Notes: generated from the sequence alone by a model not told the origin. A stretch of 64,000 nucleotides of DNA from an uncultured virus (IMG/VR IMGVR_UViG_3300013093_000039) (IMGVR_UViG_3300013093_000039), one strand, 5' to 3'. Shown: positions 28,328-39,347, counted from the first letter of the stretch. Program-made: numbers and translations.

Positions 28328-29277
28328 AAATAGCATTTTATCAACCTCATTTAGATATTCAAGGCACAGGGGTAAGCTACTTTGACTATGCCTATCATAA
28401 TGAAAAGATACTCGGTAATAAATCGTATATGATTTGTGATAGTGTACATCCTGCTACACATCCTTTAGCTGCTAAAAAGTTTAAAGATAATCTAGAGGTT
28501 ATAGAGCTAAACGGTACTGAAAATATGTTTGCTTTAGAACAAGCATGTAAAGATTTAAATGTAGATGCACTTTATATACAAAAGTGTGGTCGTCGCAACG
28601 ACGGTAGATTTATTGAAAGTGTTCCTACTTTTATACATGTTGTTGGTGTTGTACACGAACCTCACGGTACTGTTTACGCTTATGTAAGTGAATGGTTAAG
28701 TAAAACTTTTAATAATATACCATTTGTACCGTATATGGTACACCTACCAGACGCTACAGATAATTTAAGGTTATCGTTAGGTATACCTGATAATGCAATC
28801 GTATTTGGTAGAACCGGAGGACCGTATTCATGGAATATACCGTTTGTTAACAATGTTATAAGTGATATTCTCTCACAAAGAAATGATATATATTTTCTCT
28901 TCGCAAATACAGATAGATTTATAAATCATGATCGTGTAATCTTTCACGAACCTTTTGCTGATCTAGCATATAAGAAAAAATTTATTAACACGTGCGATGC
29001 ATTTTTACATGCGCGCGCAGAAGGGGAATCGTTTGGTGCTTCTGTTGCTGAATTTTCTTTATGTAATAAACCTGTTATAACGTTTGAGCACTCTCCAGAA
29101 AGAAATCATATTTTTACACTTAAAGATAAAGGACTATACTACAGCAATCCTAGTACGTTATACAGTATATTGTATTCGTTTGTACCTCAGAACGATAAAG
29201 ACTGGAATGCTTATAGAGATTTTACACCTATTAATGTTATGAACAAATTTAAAACAGTTTTTATAGATAAACTATGA
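28324..29277 (+). CDS. GT-B (GT4-like) glycosyltransferase
   Basis: CDAFLHARAEGESFGASVAE. Confidence 0.8.
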   Translation: MKIAFYQPHLDIQGTGVSYFDYAYHNEKILGNKSYMICDSVHPATHPLAAKKFKDNLEVIELNGTENMFALEQACKDLNVDALYIQKCGRRNDGRFIESVPTFIHVVGVVHEPHGTVYAYVSEWLSKTFNNIPFVPYMVHLPDATDNLRLSLGIPDNAIVFGRTGGPYSWNIPFVNNVISDILSQRNDIYFLFANTDRFINHDRVIFHEPFADLAYKKKFINTCDAFLHARAEGESFGASVAEFSLCNKPVITFEHSPERNHIFTLKDKGLYYSNPSTLYSILYSFVPQNDKDWNAYRDFTPINVMNKFKTVFIDKL

Positions 29278-30656
29278 AACTAAAATTAGTTATATTTGAT
29301 CTTGATGGAGTATTAGTAGATACAAAAGATATACATTTTAACACACTTAACGACGCTATTAAAAATGTTGCAGGTGAGCAGTATTGTGTTAATACAGAAG
29401 AACATATAAATATATATGATGGTCTTAAAACATTTCAAAAACTTGATATTTTAACAAAAAATAAAAAACTGGATTTGTCTTTACATAAAAAAATCTGGAA
29501 TAAAAAACAAGAAGCAACACTACAGCACTTTAAGCAAATAGTAGAAAATAAAGAAATAAAGAAAATATGTGAATTTTTAAACAAAGAAGGGGTTACTATT
29601 GCGTGCTGCTCAAACTCTATTAAGCGTACTGTTTTGCTTGCGCTTTCAAAGCTTGATATTATTGAGTATTTTAATATTATTATTTCAAACGAAGATGTTA
29701 AAAGCTCCAAACCTCACCCAGAAATGTTTTGGAAAGCTATGTCTCAGGCAGGTGTATTACCGGAGGAAACTCTTATTATTGAAGACTCACCACCAGGTCT
29801 ATTAGGAGCCTCTAGGGCACATACCAGCATTTTAAGAGTTAAAAACTCTAAAGATTTAACTTACGAAAAATTTATATTAAAATACAAGGAAAATAAAACT
29901 ATGAATATACCTAAATGGCAAGATGATAATTTAAATGTATTAATACCTATGGCAGGAGCAGGCTCTCGTTTCGAACAAGCAGGTTACACGTTTCCTAAAC
30001 CTTTAATAGATGTAACAGGTAAGCCAATGATACAGGTTGTAGTTGAAAATTTAAATATACAAGCAAATTTTATTTTTATAGTACAAAAAACACACCGTAC
30101 AAAATATAATTTAGACGCTGTATTAAGTATGATTGCTCCTAAATGTACAATTATTGAAACAAATGGACTAACAGAAGGAGCTGCTTGTACAACACTTTTA
30201 GCTAAAGAATTTATTAACAATAAAAAACCTTTATTAATGGCTAATTCTGATCAATTTATTATTTGGAATTCGAACGAGTTCCTGTATAAAATGTACGAAC
30301 AGCATGTCGATGGCGGAATAGTAAGTTTTGAATCTACTCACCCTAAGTGGTCATTTGCAAAAATTGGACCTGAGGGATATGTTACTGAAGTAGCTGAAAA
30401 AAATCCAATCTCAAATATTGCTACTGCTGGTATTTATTTTTGGAAGCACGGTGAAGATTACGTTAAATTTGCAGAGCAAATGATACAAAAAAATATTCGA
30501 GTAAATAACGAATTTTACGTTTGCCCGGTTTTTAATCAAGCTATTGAAGCAGGTAAAAAGATAAAAACATATAATGTTGATAGTATGTATGGTATCGGTA
30601 CACCAGAAGATTTAAATTATTTTTTAGAGAAAAGTAATGTTATTAATATCCCATAG
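29274..30656 (+). CDS. HAD phosphatase fused to a sugar-phosphate nucleotidyltransferase
   Basis: FDLDGVL, KPHPE and IEDS; then IPMAGAGSRF...PKPLI and GIGTPEDL. Confidence 0.88.
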   Translation: MKLKLVIFDLDGVLVDTKDIHFNTLNDAIKNVAGEQYCVNTEEHINIYDGLKTFQKLDILTKNKKLDLSLHKKIWNKKQEATLQHFKQIVENKEIKKICEFLNKEGVTIACCSNSIKRTVLLALSKLDIIEYFNIIISNEDVKSSKPHPEMFWKAMSQAGVLPEETLIIEDSPPGLLGASRAHTSILRVKNSKDLTYEKFILKYKENKTMNIPKWQDDNLNVLIPMAGAGSRFEQAGYTFPKPLIDVTGKPMIQVVVENLNIQANFIFIVQKTHRTKYNLDAVLSMIAPKCTIIETNGLTEGAACTTLLAKEFINNKKPLLMANSDQFIIWNSNEFLYKMYEQHVDGGIVSFESTHPKWSFAKIGPEGYVTEVAEKNPISNIATAGIYFWKHGEDYVKFAEQMIQKNIRVNNEFYVCPVFNQAIEAGKKIKTYNVDSMYGIGTPEDLNYFLEKSNVINIP

Positions 30657-31077
30657 AGGTAATTTAAAAGGTCCTATACCTGCCAAAGAAAATCACCCGT
30701 CTCAAATACTTTATTGCTTTGAGCAAAACTATGATGTCGAAATCGATGTATGGTTTAAAGATGGTAATTTTTACTTAGGACATGATACACCGTTATATAA
30801 TACAGATATACAGTTTTTAAGTAACACGAAATTATGGTGTCACGCTAAAAATAATGACGCATTTATAAATTTACAAAAGCATAATATTCATTGTTTTTGG
30901 CATCAAACAGATACGTTTACTTTAACATCTAAAAACTATATTTGGTGTTATCCGGGTAATTTACTTGAAAACGGTATAATAGTTTTACCTGAAACCTCTT
31001 CCTTAACATTACTTGATATTGTTAAGTCAGGTGCTGCAGGTATATGTTCTGATTATATTTCAGAATATAAGCATTGA
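30637..31077 (+). CDS. Small GDPD-like phosphodiesterase
   Basis: ISHRGN, VEIDVW, LGHD, GICSD. Confidence 0.75.
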   Translation: MLLISHRGNLKGPIPAKENHPSQILYCFEQNYDVEIDVWFKDGNFYLGHDTPLYNTDIQFLSNTKLWCHAKNNDAFINLQKHNIHCFWHQTDTFTLTSKNYIWCYPGNLLENGIIVLPETSSLTLLDIVKSGAAGICSDYISEYKH

Positions 31078-31112
31078 TATAATCCTATCATTAATATAAA
31101 TTAGTATATATA

Positions 31113-31814
31113 ATGAAAGTAGCTATATGTATGTCTGGAGGGTTAAGATGTTTCAAAGAAACATATCAATTTACAGATAAGTTTATTTTTTCAAAATTAG
31201 ATTATGATCTTTATTTTTACGGTACAGAAAATAAAGAAGGCAAAGAACAAAATTTAAACGATTTTACAAACTTATATAACCCTAAAAGTGTTATTATTAA
31301 TGACACTGAATTTTATACTGATATTATAAATTCGTTTGATATAAACTGGGATAAAAAACAAAATCTTATACCTATGTTTTTTAATATTTATATGTGCAAC
31401 GAACTTCGTAAAAATAGTAATGTACATTATGATATAGTTATCCGCTGCAGACCTGATTGTTTTTTTAAACAAAGTATACCTGAACAAGATTTTATTAATG
31501 CTGCAACAAATACTTTATTAGTACCAGGGTGCTGGTCTTTTGGAGGTGTTTCAGATTTATTTGCTATAGCTAATAGTAACGTTTATAATAGTTATGCTAG
31601 TACATATTTAAATTTAAAAGAATATTTTGATGCAAATATAATTCATCCAGAAATTATTACTCATAAACAATGTGAAAAACATAATTTATCTGTACAAAGT
31701 ATAGAAAAGTATATGGAGTTTGAATTTCCTGATATAGTTGATTCAACTATAGAAAATATTACATTTAATAATGCTGGGCAGAGAAACTTTAAATACAGCT
31801 ACGATAAGAAATGA
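31113..31814 (+). CDS. Putative glycosyltransferase
   Basis: KVAICMSGGLR, YDIVIRCRPD, SDLFA, HPE. Confidence 0.65.
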   Translation: MKVAICMSGGLRCFKETYQFTDKFIFSKLDYDLYFYGTENKEGKEQNLNDFTNLYNPKSVIINDTEFYTDIINSFDINWDKKQNLIPMFFNIYMCNELRKNSNVHYDIVIRCRPDCFFKQSIPEQDFINAATNTLLVPGCWSFGGVSDLFAIANSNVYNSYASTYLNLKEYFDANIIHPEIITHKQCEKHNLSVQSIEKYMEFEFPDIVDSTIENITFNNAGQRNFKYSYDKK

Positions 31815-32845
31815 AAAAAATTTTAATTACAGGATCAGGAGGTTTAATAGGCTCAGAAGCTGTCGAATATTACTGCAATAAAGGTTATACAGTTATCGGT
31901 ATAGATAATAACTTTAGAGAGTATTTTTTTGGCAATCAAGGTTCTGTATCGTGGAGAATAGAAGAATTATCAAAACATAAAAATTATATCCATTATAATG
32001 TAGATATTAGGAATTATAATAGTATTGAAGATATTTTTAAAACAAATGGCACTTTTGATCTTATAATACATACAGCAGCTCAACCCTCTCATGATTGGGC
32101 ATGCAAGGAACCTTTAACTGACTTTAACGTTAATGCTGTTGGAACAACTAATATGTTAGAAGCTTATAGGTTATATAGTCCGGAAGCTGTTTTTATATTT
32201 ACATCAACTAATAAGGTTTATGGAGATACTCCTAATAGAATTGCATTACATGAAGATGAAACTAGATTTACACCTCTTCTACCTGACCATAAAAACGGAT
32301 TTAATGAATGGGTATCAATAGATCATTGTTTACATAGCGTATTTGGTGCTAGTAAAGTGGCTGCTGATATAATGGTTCAAGAATACGGAAAATATTTTAA
32401 CCTAAAAACCGTTGTATTTAGAGGTGGTTGTTTAACTGGACAAAAACATTCAGGTGTTGAACTTCATGGATTTCTTTCCTATTTAGTAAAATGCTGCGTA
32501 AATGATATTCCATACACAATTTTTGGTTATAAAGGTAAACAAGTAAGGGATAACATCCATTCATCCGACTTAATATCTGCTTTTGATGCATATTTTGAAT
32601 CGCCAAAAACAAATGGCGAAGTTTATAACATCGGTGGCGGAACTTATTCAAATTGTTCGGTATTGGAAGCTATAACTTTAATAGAAACGATGACAAATAA
32701 GAAATTAAACTATACTATTAAAGACGAAAATAGAATAGGGGATCATCAATGGTGGATTTCTGATACCAGAAAATTTAAAAGACATTTTCCAGAATGGAAA
32801 CAAGTATATAATATGGAAAGAATAATAGAAACTTTTATTAGTTAA
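31811..32845 (+). CDS. NAD-dependent NDP-sugar epimerase (CDP-paratose 2-epimerase-like)
   Basis: ITGSGGLIG, AAQPSH, STNKVYG, FGASK, GKQVRD. Confidence 0.88.
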   Translation: MKKILITGSGGLIGSEAVEYYCNKGYTVIGIDNNFREYFFGNQGSVSWRIEELSKHKNYIHYNVDIRNYNSIEDIFKTNGTFDLIIHTAAQPSHDWACKEPLTDFNVNAVGTTNMLEAYRLYSPEAVFIFTSTNKVYGDTPNRIALHEDETRFTPLLPDHKNGFNEWVSIDHCLHSVFGASKVAADIMVQEYGKYFNLKTVVFRGGCLTGQKHSGVELHGFLSYLVKCCVNDIPYTIFGYKGKQVRDNIHSSDLISAFDAYFESPKTNGEVYNIGGGTYSNCSVLEAITLIETMTNKKLNYTIKDENRIGDHQWWISDTRKFKRHFPEWKQVYNMERIIETFIS

Positions 32846-32846
32846 T

Positions 32847-33701
32847 ATGAGTAAAAACTTTGTAAATGGTTCGTTTTATCTTTATGAGCAATTTAAAAAC
32901 GACAAACCGTTTGGTTGCGGTAAGATAGGTAATTGTGAATTAATGTGTATATATAACTATTATATGTACAAACAAAACAAACAATCTATACAGTGGATGC
33001 CAAATGTTGTACAGGAAATTTATAATAATGCAGGAGTATTTCCACAAACAGAAGAAGCACGTATAGATTTTATAAAAGAAATTACAAATAGTCTTCCATA
33101 TATAGATTCACTTGCTTGGTGGTCAATGTTTAATATGTCATTTGAGGCATCGTATATAAAGAGTTATTCACCTGATTGTGAATTAATTGATTTGCAGAGT
33201 ATTGAACCGTTTTATTCAGGTTCTCCGTGGTCTGAACATTTAAAGGATAAAAATGTTTTAGTTATATCACCGTTTACTGATTCAATACGCAAACAGTATG
33301 AAAAAAGACACCTTATATGGAAAGACACAAGAATTCTTCCAACCTTTAAATCATTACTCACTCTTAAACATCCGCACTCTCCTGGCATAGATAAGCCTAG
33401 TGAGTTTAATAGTTGGTTAGATATGATCAGGCACTTTAAAACAATAATGGACACTATTGATTATGATGTAATGCTTGTAGGAGCAGGAGCGTCATCTTTA
33501 CCTTTAGTAGCACATGCAAAAAAAAGTGGTAAAAAAGCTATTCATCTCGGAGGACCTCTACAATTACTATTTGGTATAAAGGGAGGTAGATGGAGTAACG
33601 GTGATATAGGTAAACATTTCTATAACGAACATTGGATTAACCCGTCTATAGAAGAAACACCTGAAAAATATAAAAATATTGAAGGTGGTTGCTATTGGTA
33701 A
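32847..33701 (+). CDS. Putative glycosyltransferase-like protein
   Basis: VLVISPF, LVGAGA, IHLGG.LQLLFGI, EGGCYW; cluster context. Confidence 0.6.
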   Translation: MSKNFVNGSFYLYEQFKNDKPFGCGKIGNCELMCIYNYYMYKQNKQSIQWMPNVVQEIYNNAGVFPQTEEARIDFIKEITNSLPYIDSLAWWSMFNMSFEASYIKSYSPDCELIDLQSIEPFYSGSPWSEHLKDKNVLVISPFTDSIRKQYEKRHLIWKDTRILPTFKSLLTLKHPHSPGIDKPSEFNSWLDMIRHFKTIMDTIDYDVMLVGAGASSLPLVAHAKKSGKKAIHLGGPLQLLFGIKGGRWSNGDIGKHFYNEHWINPSIEETPEKYKNIEGGCYW

Positions 33702-33722
33702 AGAGTACAGTATAATAGTATC

Positions 33723-35516
33723 GTGCGCTTAGTTAGCTTTAAATCTTTATCGATACGTAATTTTTTATCTGTTGGAGATACGCCAATTATAATAAATTTT
33801 CAAGAAGGTATTAATGTAATTACTGGTATTAATTACGATAAAGAAGATTCAAAAAACGGTGTAGGTAAGTCTACTGTTATTGATGCTTTATACTTTGCTC
33901 TTTTCGGTACAACTATTAGAGAGATTAATAAAGATCTTATTACTAATTCATTTACTAAAAAAGTATGTGAAGTAAAATTAGAGCTACAGATTGATAATAA
34001 CGGTAATACAAATATTTACAATATAGCTAGGACACTTACCCCTACTAAATGCTTTTTATCTAAAGATGGTGTAGATATAACTCATTCTACCTTAGCTAAG
34101 ACAAATGAGTTTATACAGAAGTTGCTTCGTTCTACTGGTAAGGTATTTCAAAATTCTGTTATTATGACTATCAATAATACTGTGCCGTTTATGGCACAAA
34201 GTAAAATTGATAAGCGTAAGTTTATTGAAAGTGTTTTGAATCTTGAAGCGTTTTCAGAAATGCTCTCATTAACTCGAGAAGAATATAATCTTATAAAAAG
34301 AGATTATGAAGTACTGTATGCTAAGAATCAAACTGTTGAAAAGAGTTATAATACAAGTAAGACTCAATTAGAACGTTTTGAAGAAAATAAGCAAAATAGA
34401 ATTAAAACAATTGCAGATAGAATAGCTGAAAATATAGTTAAGATAGATAATTTTACTAAACAAATAGTAACGTTACCTGATAACGTCGATCAACTTATTA
34501 CTGATAAGCTTACTTTACTTAATAACGAAATAACAGACATACAAAAAAAGCGAAGAGATGCCGATAACGAATTAACAGTTATTCGAACAAATATTAGCTT
34601 ACTTGAAAAACAACTTAAAGAAATAGAAAAAGACGGAGCTAGTTGTACAACATGTAAGCGTCCTTTTCCTGAAGATGATTTAAAACATAAAGAACTGAAT
34701 AAAAATGAAATTAATAATAGTTTGTCGTTACTTTATAACGATAGAGAATCTGCAATAACTATTGTTGATAATATAGAAGATAGAGAAGATAATAAGAGAA
34801 CAGAAATAAGAACTGTTGAAACAAAAAAAGACGGAATTAGTAAAGTAAAATCTACTAATGATGCTCTACAGACTAAAATTGTTTTTTTGACTGATAATAA
34901 TAATGATTTACTGCTTGAGCAGCAAGATATAGCTCACGAAACAAATGCAGAATTAGAACAAACGGTTCAAGAACTTGAAACAGAGTATAACGATAATAAA
35001 TCTCAAATTGAAAAATTAGACAATAATCTATCTGTACTTGAGTGCGTTAAGTTTGTAGTATCAGAAGAAGGAGTAAAATCGTATATTGTTAAAAAAATTC
35101 TTAAGGTTCTTAATTCAAGACTTGCTTATTATTTACAAGTACTTGAAGCTAACTGTCTCTGTCAATTTAACGAATACTTTGATGAAACTATTACTGATGA
35201 AAAAGGTGGAGATAAATCCTACTTTAACTTTAGCGGAGGAGAACGCAAGCGTATTGATTTAGCATGCCTCTTTGCTTTCTTAGATATTCGTAGAATGCAA
35301 GGAGATGTACACTTTAGTACAATCTTCTATGATGAACTTTTAGATTCGTCTCTAGATGATAAAGGTGTTGAATTAGTAGTTAATATTTTAAGGGAACGAT
35401 CTGAAAAGCATAATGAAAGCAGTTATATTATTACTCACCGTGGAGTAGCCTTTACAGGTAAGGTAAATAATACAATTATGCTGGAAAAAAGAAACAACTT
35501 TACATATTTATTATAA
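33723..35516 (+). CDS. gp46: Rad50/SbcC-like recombination ATPase gp46
   Basis: RNFLSVG, NGVGKS, CTTC hook, FSGGE, YDELLD. Confidence 0.93.
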   Translation: MRLVSFKSLSIRNFLSVGDTPIIINFQEGINVITGINYDKEDSKNGVGKSTVIDALYFALFGTTIREINKDLITNSFTKKVCEVKLELQIDNNGNTNIYNIARTLTPTKCFLSKDGVDITHSTLAKTNEFIQKLLRSTGKVFQNSVIMTINNTVPFMAQSKIDKRKFIESVLNLEAFSEMLSLTREEYNLIKRDYEVLYAKNQTVEKSYNTSKTQLERFEENKQNRIKTIADRIAENIVKIDNFTKQIVTLPDNVDQLITDKLTLLNNEITDIQKKRRDADNELTVIRTNISLLEKQLKEIEKDGASCTTCKRPFPEDDLKHKELNKNEINNSLSLLYNDRESAITIVDNIEDREDNKRTEIRTVETKKDGISKVKSTNDALQTKIVFLTDNNNDLLLEQQDIAHETNAELEQTVQELETEYNDNKSQIEKLDNNLSVLECVKFVVSEEGVKSYIVKKILKVLNSRLAYYLQVLEANCLCQFNEYFDETITDEKGGDKSYFNFSGGERKRIDLACLFAFLDIRRMQGDVHFSTIFYDELLDSSLDDKGVELVVNILRERSEKHNESSYIITHRGVAFTGKVNNTIMLEKRNNFTYLL

Positions 35517-35519
35517 CAC

Positions 35520-36764
35520 ATGAGCAACATACTCTCCCATCATTCAGGTATTGCACACAATATTGGTGCACCTATTGGTCTACCTCCAGGAATACCTAGC
35601 ACTTGTCAGGTATTTCCTTTACCTCCTAGTATGGCTTTACCACCACCAGAGATACCTGGTCAAGGTCTTCCTAGGGCTGTAAACTATTTAGCTGATTATG
35701 GTGGTTGTAGCTGGTATCGTTGTATGGCACCAAACTTAATGCTCAACCTTTATAATAAGGCTGTAGTAATTGAGTCTACAACAATGGTTCTTGACCCTCG
35801 TTATTACCAGGGCTTAGCTGCTGTTAAGATTCAACGTCAGGCAACACCTCAACAAAGAGAGTTTGTAACCTTCCTCAAACAAATTCAGAAAGATTGTGGA
35901 TTTAAATTAATTTACGAAATTGACGATATTGTCTTTAGAGAAGATATTCCTGACTTTAATCGTAATAAGGATGCATTTACGTCAGATGAAATCCGTAACA
36001 GTATTATGGATATTATGAACATGTGTGACGAAATTACTGTTACATGCCCGTTCATGAGAGACTACTTTAAAGAAAAGACGGGTAATCAAAATGTAACTGT
36101 TATTCCTAACTACCTATTGAAATGGTGGTTTGATCGTTACTACAATATTAGTAATCTTGTTAACGCTTACGACAGAAATCAGAAGAAGCCTGTTATTTCA
36201 ATCTTTGCTTCAGGTACCCATGTTGATGTAACAAACAGAACAGGTCAAAATGATGACTTCGCTGCTATTATAAACGCAGTTATTAAGACACGTAAGAATT
36301 ACAAATGGCAGTTCTATGGTTGCTACCCACTACCGTTAAAGCCGTTTATTGATTCTGGAGAGATCTTGTTTAGAGATTGGACTCAACTTCCTGACTTCCC
36401 AGGAGTTATGGCAAACTCTGGTACTCAGCTTACCTTTGCTGCTCTTCAGGATAATAATTTCAACAGAGCTAAGAGTAACATTAAGCTTATTGAAGCTGGT
36501 GCACTAGGACTACCTTGCGTATGTCCAGATATGGTTACGTATAAGGATGCTAGCTTAAAGTATAAAACTGGAGATGAGTTTATTGACCAGATCAAATACG
36601 CTCTTAAGGATCACGACCGTTATACTCGTATGTGTAAGGAAGCTCGTAAGTATTCAGAAAAGTTCTGGTTAGAAGATGAAAAGAATCTTAACAAGCACTT
36701 AGAAGCTTATACGACACCTTTCGGATCACCAGATAGAAAGTATCTTAAAGAGTGTAATTTATAA
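35520..36764 (+). CDS. GT-B-fold glycosyltransferase
   Basis: GCSWYR, YEIDD, VIPN, NNFNRAKSNIKLIEAGALG. Confidence 0.8.
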   Translation: MSNILSHHSGIAHNIGAPIGLPPGIPSTCQVFPLPPSMALPPPEIPGQGLPRAVNYLADYGGCSWYRCMAPNLMLNLYNKAVVIESTTMVLDPRYYQGLAAVKIQRQATPQQREFVTFLKQIQKDCGFKLIYEIDDIVFREDIPDFNRNKDAFTSDEIRNSIMDIMNMCDEITVTCPFMRDYFKEKTGNQNVTVIPNYLLKWWFDRYYNISNLVNAYDRNQKKPVISIFASGTHVDVTNRTGQNDDFAAIINAVIKTRKNYKWQFYGCYPLPLKPFIDSGEILFRDWTQLPDFPGVMANSGTQLTFAALQDNNFNRAKSNIKLIEAGALGLPCVCPDMVTYKDASLKYKTGDEFIDQIKYALKDHDRYTRMCKEARKYSEKFWLEDEKNLNKHLEAYTTPFGSPDRKYLKECNL

Positions 36765-36803
36765 TTTGCTTGACCGTCTTTAGAAAGCATATAGAATATA
36801 GGT

Positions 36804-39347
36804 GTGTATAGAAACGCATCTTATAATCCTAAAGACGGTACAATATATCTTCGTACTTGGTCAGAAGACGGAGATAGAATAGATACGGAAATTCCGTTCT
36901 CCCCTTTCCTTTATACAGAAAAAGATGGTGCCGAGGACGGAATATCTATTTTTAAGACTCCTTTAAGAAAGCATACTTTTCGTAATTCGTTTGAACGTAA
37001 TAGATTTGTTGATGATACAAAAAACGGTCGTCTATTTGGTAATCTACCAGTAGATCAGCAATTTCTTATTGAGATGTTTAACGCTGAAGTAGATAAAGTT
37101 GAGTTTAGTAAGCATCCGCTAAAGGTTTACTTCATTGATATTGAGACGTATTCCCCGAATGAATTTCCTATTCCGAAGATCGCCAAAGACCCTGTAACTC
37201 TTATTACGATTCTTGATACTATTACGGGTAAGATTCATACCTGGGGATTAAAGAACGATTATAAACCTACTTTAGATAATGTTACATATTATAAGTGTAA
37301 AGATGAGAGTGATCTATTTGAAAGATTTGTAAATTTCTGGAAAAAAGATCCGCCAGATATTCTTACTGGATGGAATACAGAACAGTTTGACGTTCCGTAT
37401 ATTATTAATCGTGCGAAGAACCTTTTAGGTGAAGAATTCATTAAACAACTATCACCTGTAGGTCAAGTAACATATAGAGAAAGCTTTCAAAAGTTCGGTA
37501 AGGATATTGGTCGTTGGTATATTGCCGGGGTTAGTTGCTTAGATTACATGGAAATTTATAAGACGTATTCAAAAGGAGATAGAGAGTCTTATTCTTTGAA
37601 TTATATTGCTGAATATGAACTTAACGAAGGTAAATTAGCTATCAATGCTACTAATCTTTCTACTCTTGCTGATACTGATTGGAATAACTTTGTTGATTAT
37701 AATATTCAGGACGTAGATCTCCTTCGTAAGCTTGAAGATAAACTTAACTATCTAAAGATTATTCGTTTGCTTGCGTACAAAGGATGTACAAACTTCGAAA
37801 GAGCTTTAGGAAAGGTATCGATTGTAACTGGTGCAATGTCGCTACAAGCTCGTAAACAAGGCTTTGTTATTCCTACGTTTAAGAATGAAACTACACGAGA
37901 AGCGTTAGAAGGCGGTTACGTGAGAGAGCCCGTTAGAGGCCTTAAAGACGCTATTGTAAGTTTTGACGTTAACTCCCTATACCCTAATACAATTATTACT
38001 CTGAATATCTCTTCAGAAACTAAGCTAGGTAGAATTGTTACCGGAGATGTAGAGGTAGATAAAGAGATTGAAATTAAGCTCGTTAACGGAGGTATGTTTA
38101 AAATCGCAGTTAGTAAGCTAAAAGATTTCCTTAAGAAGGAAAACGTAGCTTTATCAAAAGCCGGTGTACTCTATTCTCAGAAGTTTAAAGGGGTTTGTCC
38201 TAATTTGATTAATAGTATTTACGACGAGCGTGTTTATGCTCGTAAGCAGATGATTGATCTTAAGAAGTCTAAAAAGAAAGATAAAGAAACTACAGCTGCT
38301 ATTCAATACTTCGATACTCTACAATATACCTTAAAGATTCTTTTGAACTCTATCTACGGAACGTTTGCTAATAAGCATTCAGCGTTTATGGATATTGATA
38401 ATGCTTCGTCAATTACCTTAACTGGCCAAGCTGTAGCAAAAGCGGGCGGTAACATTATTAACGAATATGCTAAGAATATCTTTAAAGTAAACGAGTCGTT
38501 GATTCTAAGCGGTGATACAGATTCTCTTTATATTACCATTCAACCTATTTTAGATAAGCTTAATATACCCTTAACTATTGACGGTATTATTAATCCTAAG
38601 GTTCACACTATTGTTGATTCGATTGATAAACATCTCGGTGAAAAGATTCTTGATTGGGCTCGGGAAGAACTTAATTCGGCTGACCCTCGATTTGTCTTTA
38701 AAAGAGAAGCTATTGCTGACGTTGGTACCTTCTTAATGAAAAAGAGATATATTCTTCATATTTTAGATGATGAAGGTGTAGCAACAAATAAGTTTAAGTA
38801 TGTAGGAGTAGAATTAGCACGATCAACGACTCCAAAACAGGTTAAAGCTATTATTCAAAAAACCATTGAGACGGCTTTCCTTACTAAAGATGTTAAAAAA
38901 ACAAACGAAGTATTTAGAGAAGCTTATGACTTGTTTAGAAATCTTGATGTATCTGAAGCGTCCTTTAGAAGATCAGTAAAAGAACCAGACAAGTATTCAG
39001 CTGGAGCATCCTTAAACAAGTTTAATAAAGGTACTCCTTGTCACGTTAAAGCGGCTCTAGCTTATAATATGCTTTTAGAAAAGATGAATTTACAAAACAA
39101 GTATGAGCTAATTCGTTCTGGTCAAAAAGTAAAATATTTTTATGCCTCTAAAAACGTATATGGTTTAGATGCTTTAGCTTTTGTAAGTGAATTTCCAAAA
39201 GAGTTTAAAGATATTAAAATTGATTACGATAAGATGTTCGGTAAGATTGTAACACCTCCTATTGAAGCTGTTTACGAAGCTATTGGATGGTATTTACCTA
39301 TTATTGGTAAAGAAGTACAAACAGATTTATTCGAACTCTTCTCTTGA
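36804..39347 (+). CDS. gp43: Family B DNA polymerase gp43
   Basis: DIET exonuclease motif, SFDVNSLYP, KILLNSIYG, GDTDS. Confidence 0.96.
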   Translation: MYRNASYNPKDGTIYLRTWSEDGDRIDTEIPFSPFLYTEKDGAEDGISIFKTPLRKHTFRNSFERNRFVDDTKNGRLFGNLPVDQQFLIEMFNAEVDKVEFSKHPLKVYFIDIETYSPNEFPIPKIAKDPVTLITILDTITGKIHTWGLKNDYKPTLDNVTYYKCKDESDLFERFVNFWKKDPPDILTGWNTEQFDVPYIINRAKNLLGEEFIKQLSPVGQVTYRESFQKFGKDIGRWYIAGVSCLDYMEIYKTYSKGDRESYSLNYIAEYELNEGKLAINATNLSTLADTDWNNFVDYNIQDVDLLRKLEDKLNYLKIIRLLAYKGCTNFERALGKVSIVTGAMSLQARKQGFVIPTFKNETTREALEGGYVREPVRGLKDAIVSFDVNSLYPNTIITLNISSETKLGRIVTGDVEVDKEIEIKLVNGGMFKIAVSKLKDFLKKENVALSKAGVLYSQKFKGVCPNLINSIYDERVYARKQMIDLKKSKKKDKETTAAIQYFDTLQYTLKILLNSIYGTFANKHSAFMDIDNASSITLTGQAVAKAGGNIINEYAKNIFKVNESLILSGDTDSLYITIQPILDKLNIPLTIDGIINPKVHTIVDSIDKHLGEKILDWAREELNSADPRFVFKREAIADVGTFLMKKRYILHILDDEGVATNKFKYVGVELARSTTPKQVKAIIQKTIETAFLTKDVKKTNEVFREAYDLFRNLDVSEASFRRSVKEPDKYSAGASLNKFNKGTPCHVKAALAYNMLLEKMNLQNKYELIRSGQKVKYFYASKNVYGLDALAFVSEFPKEFKDIKIDYDKMFGKIVTPPIEAVYEAIGWYLPIIGKEVQTDLFELFS

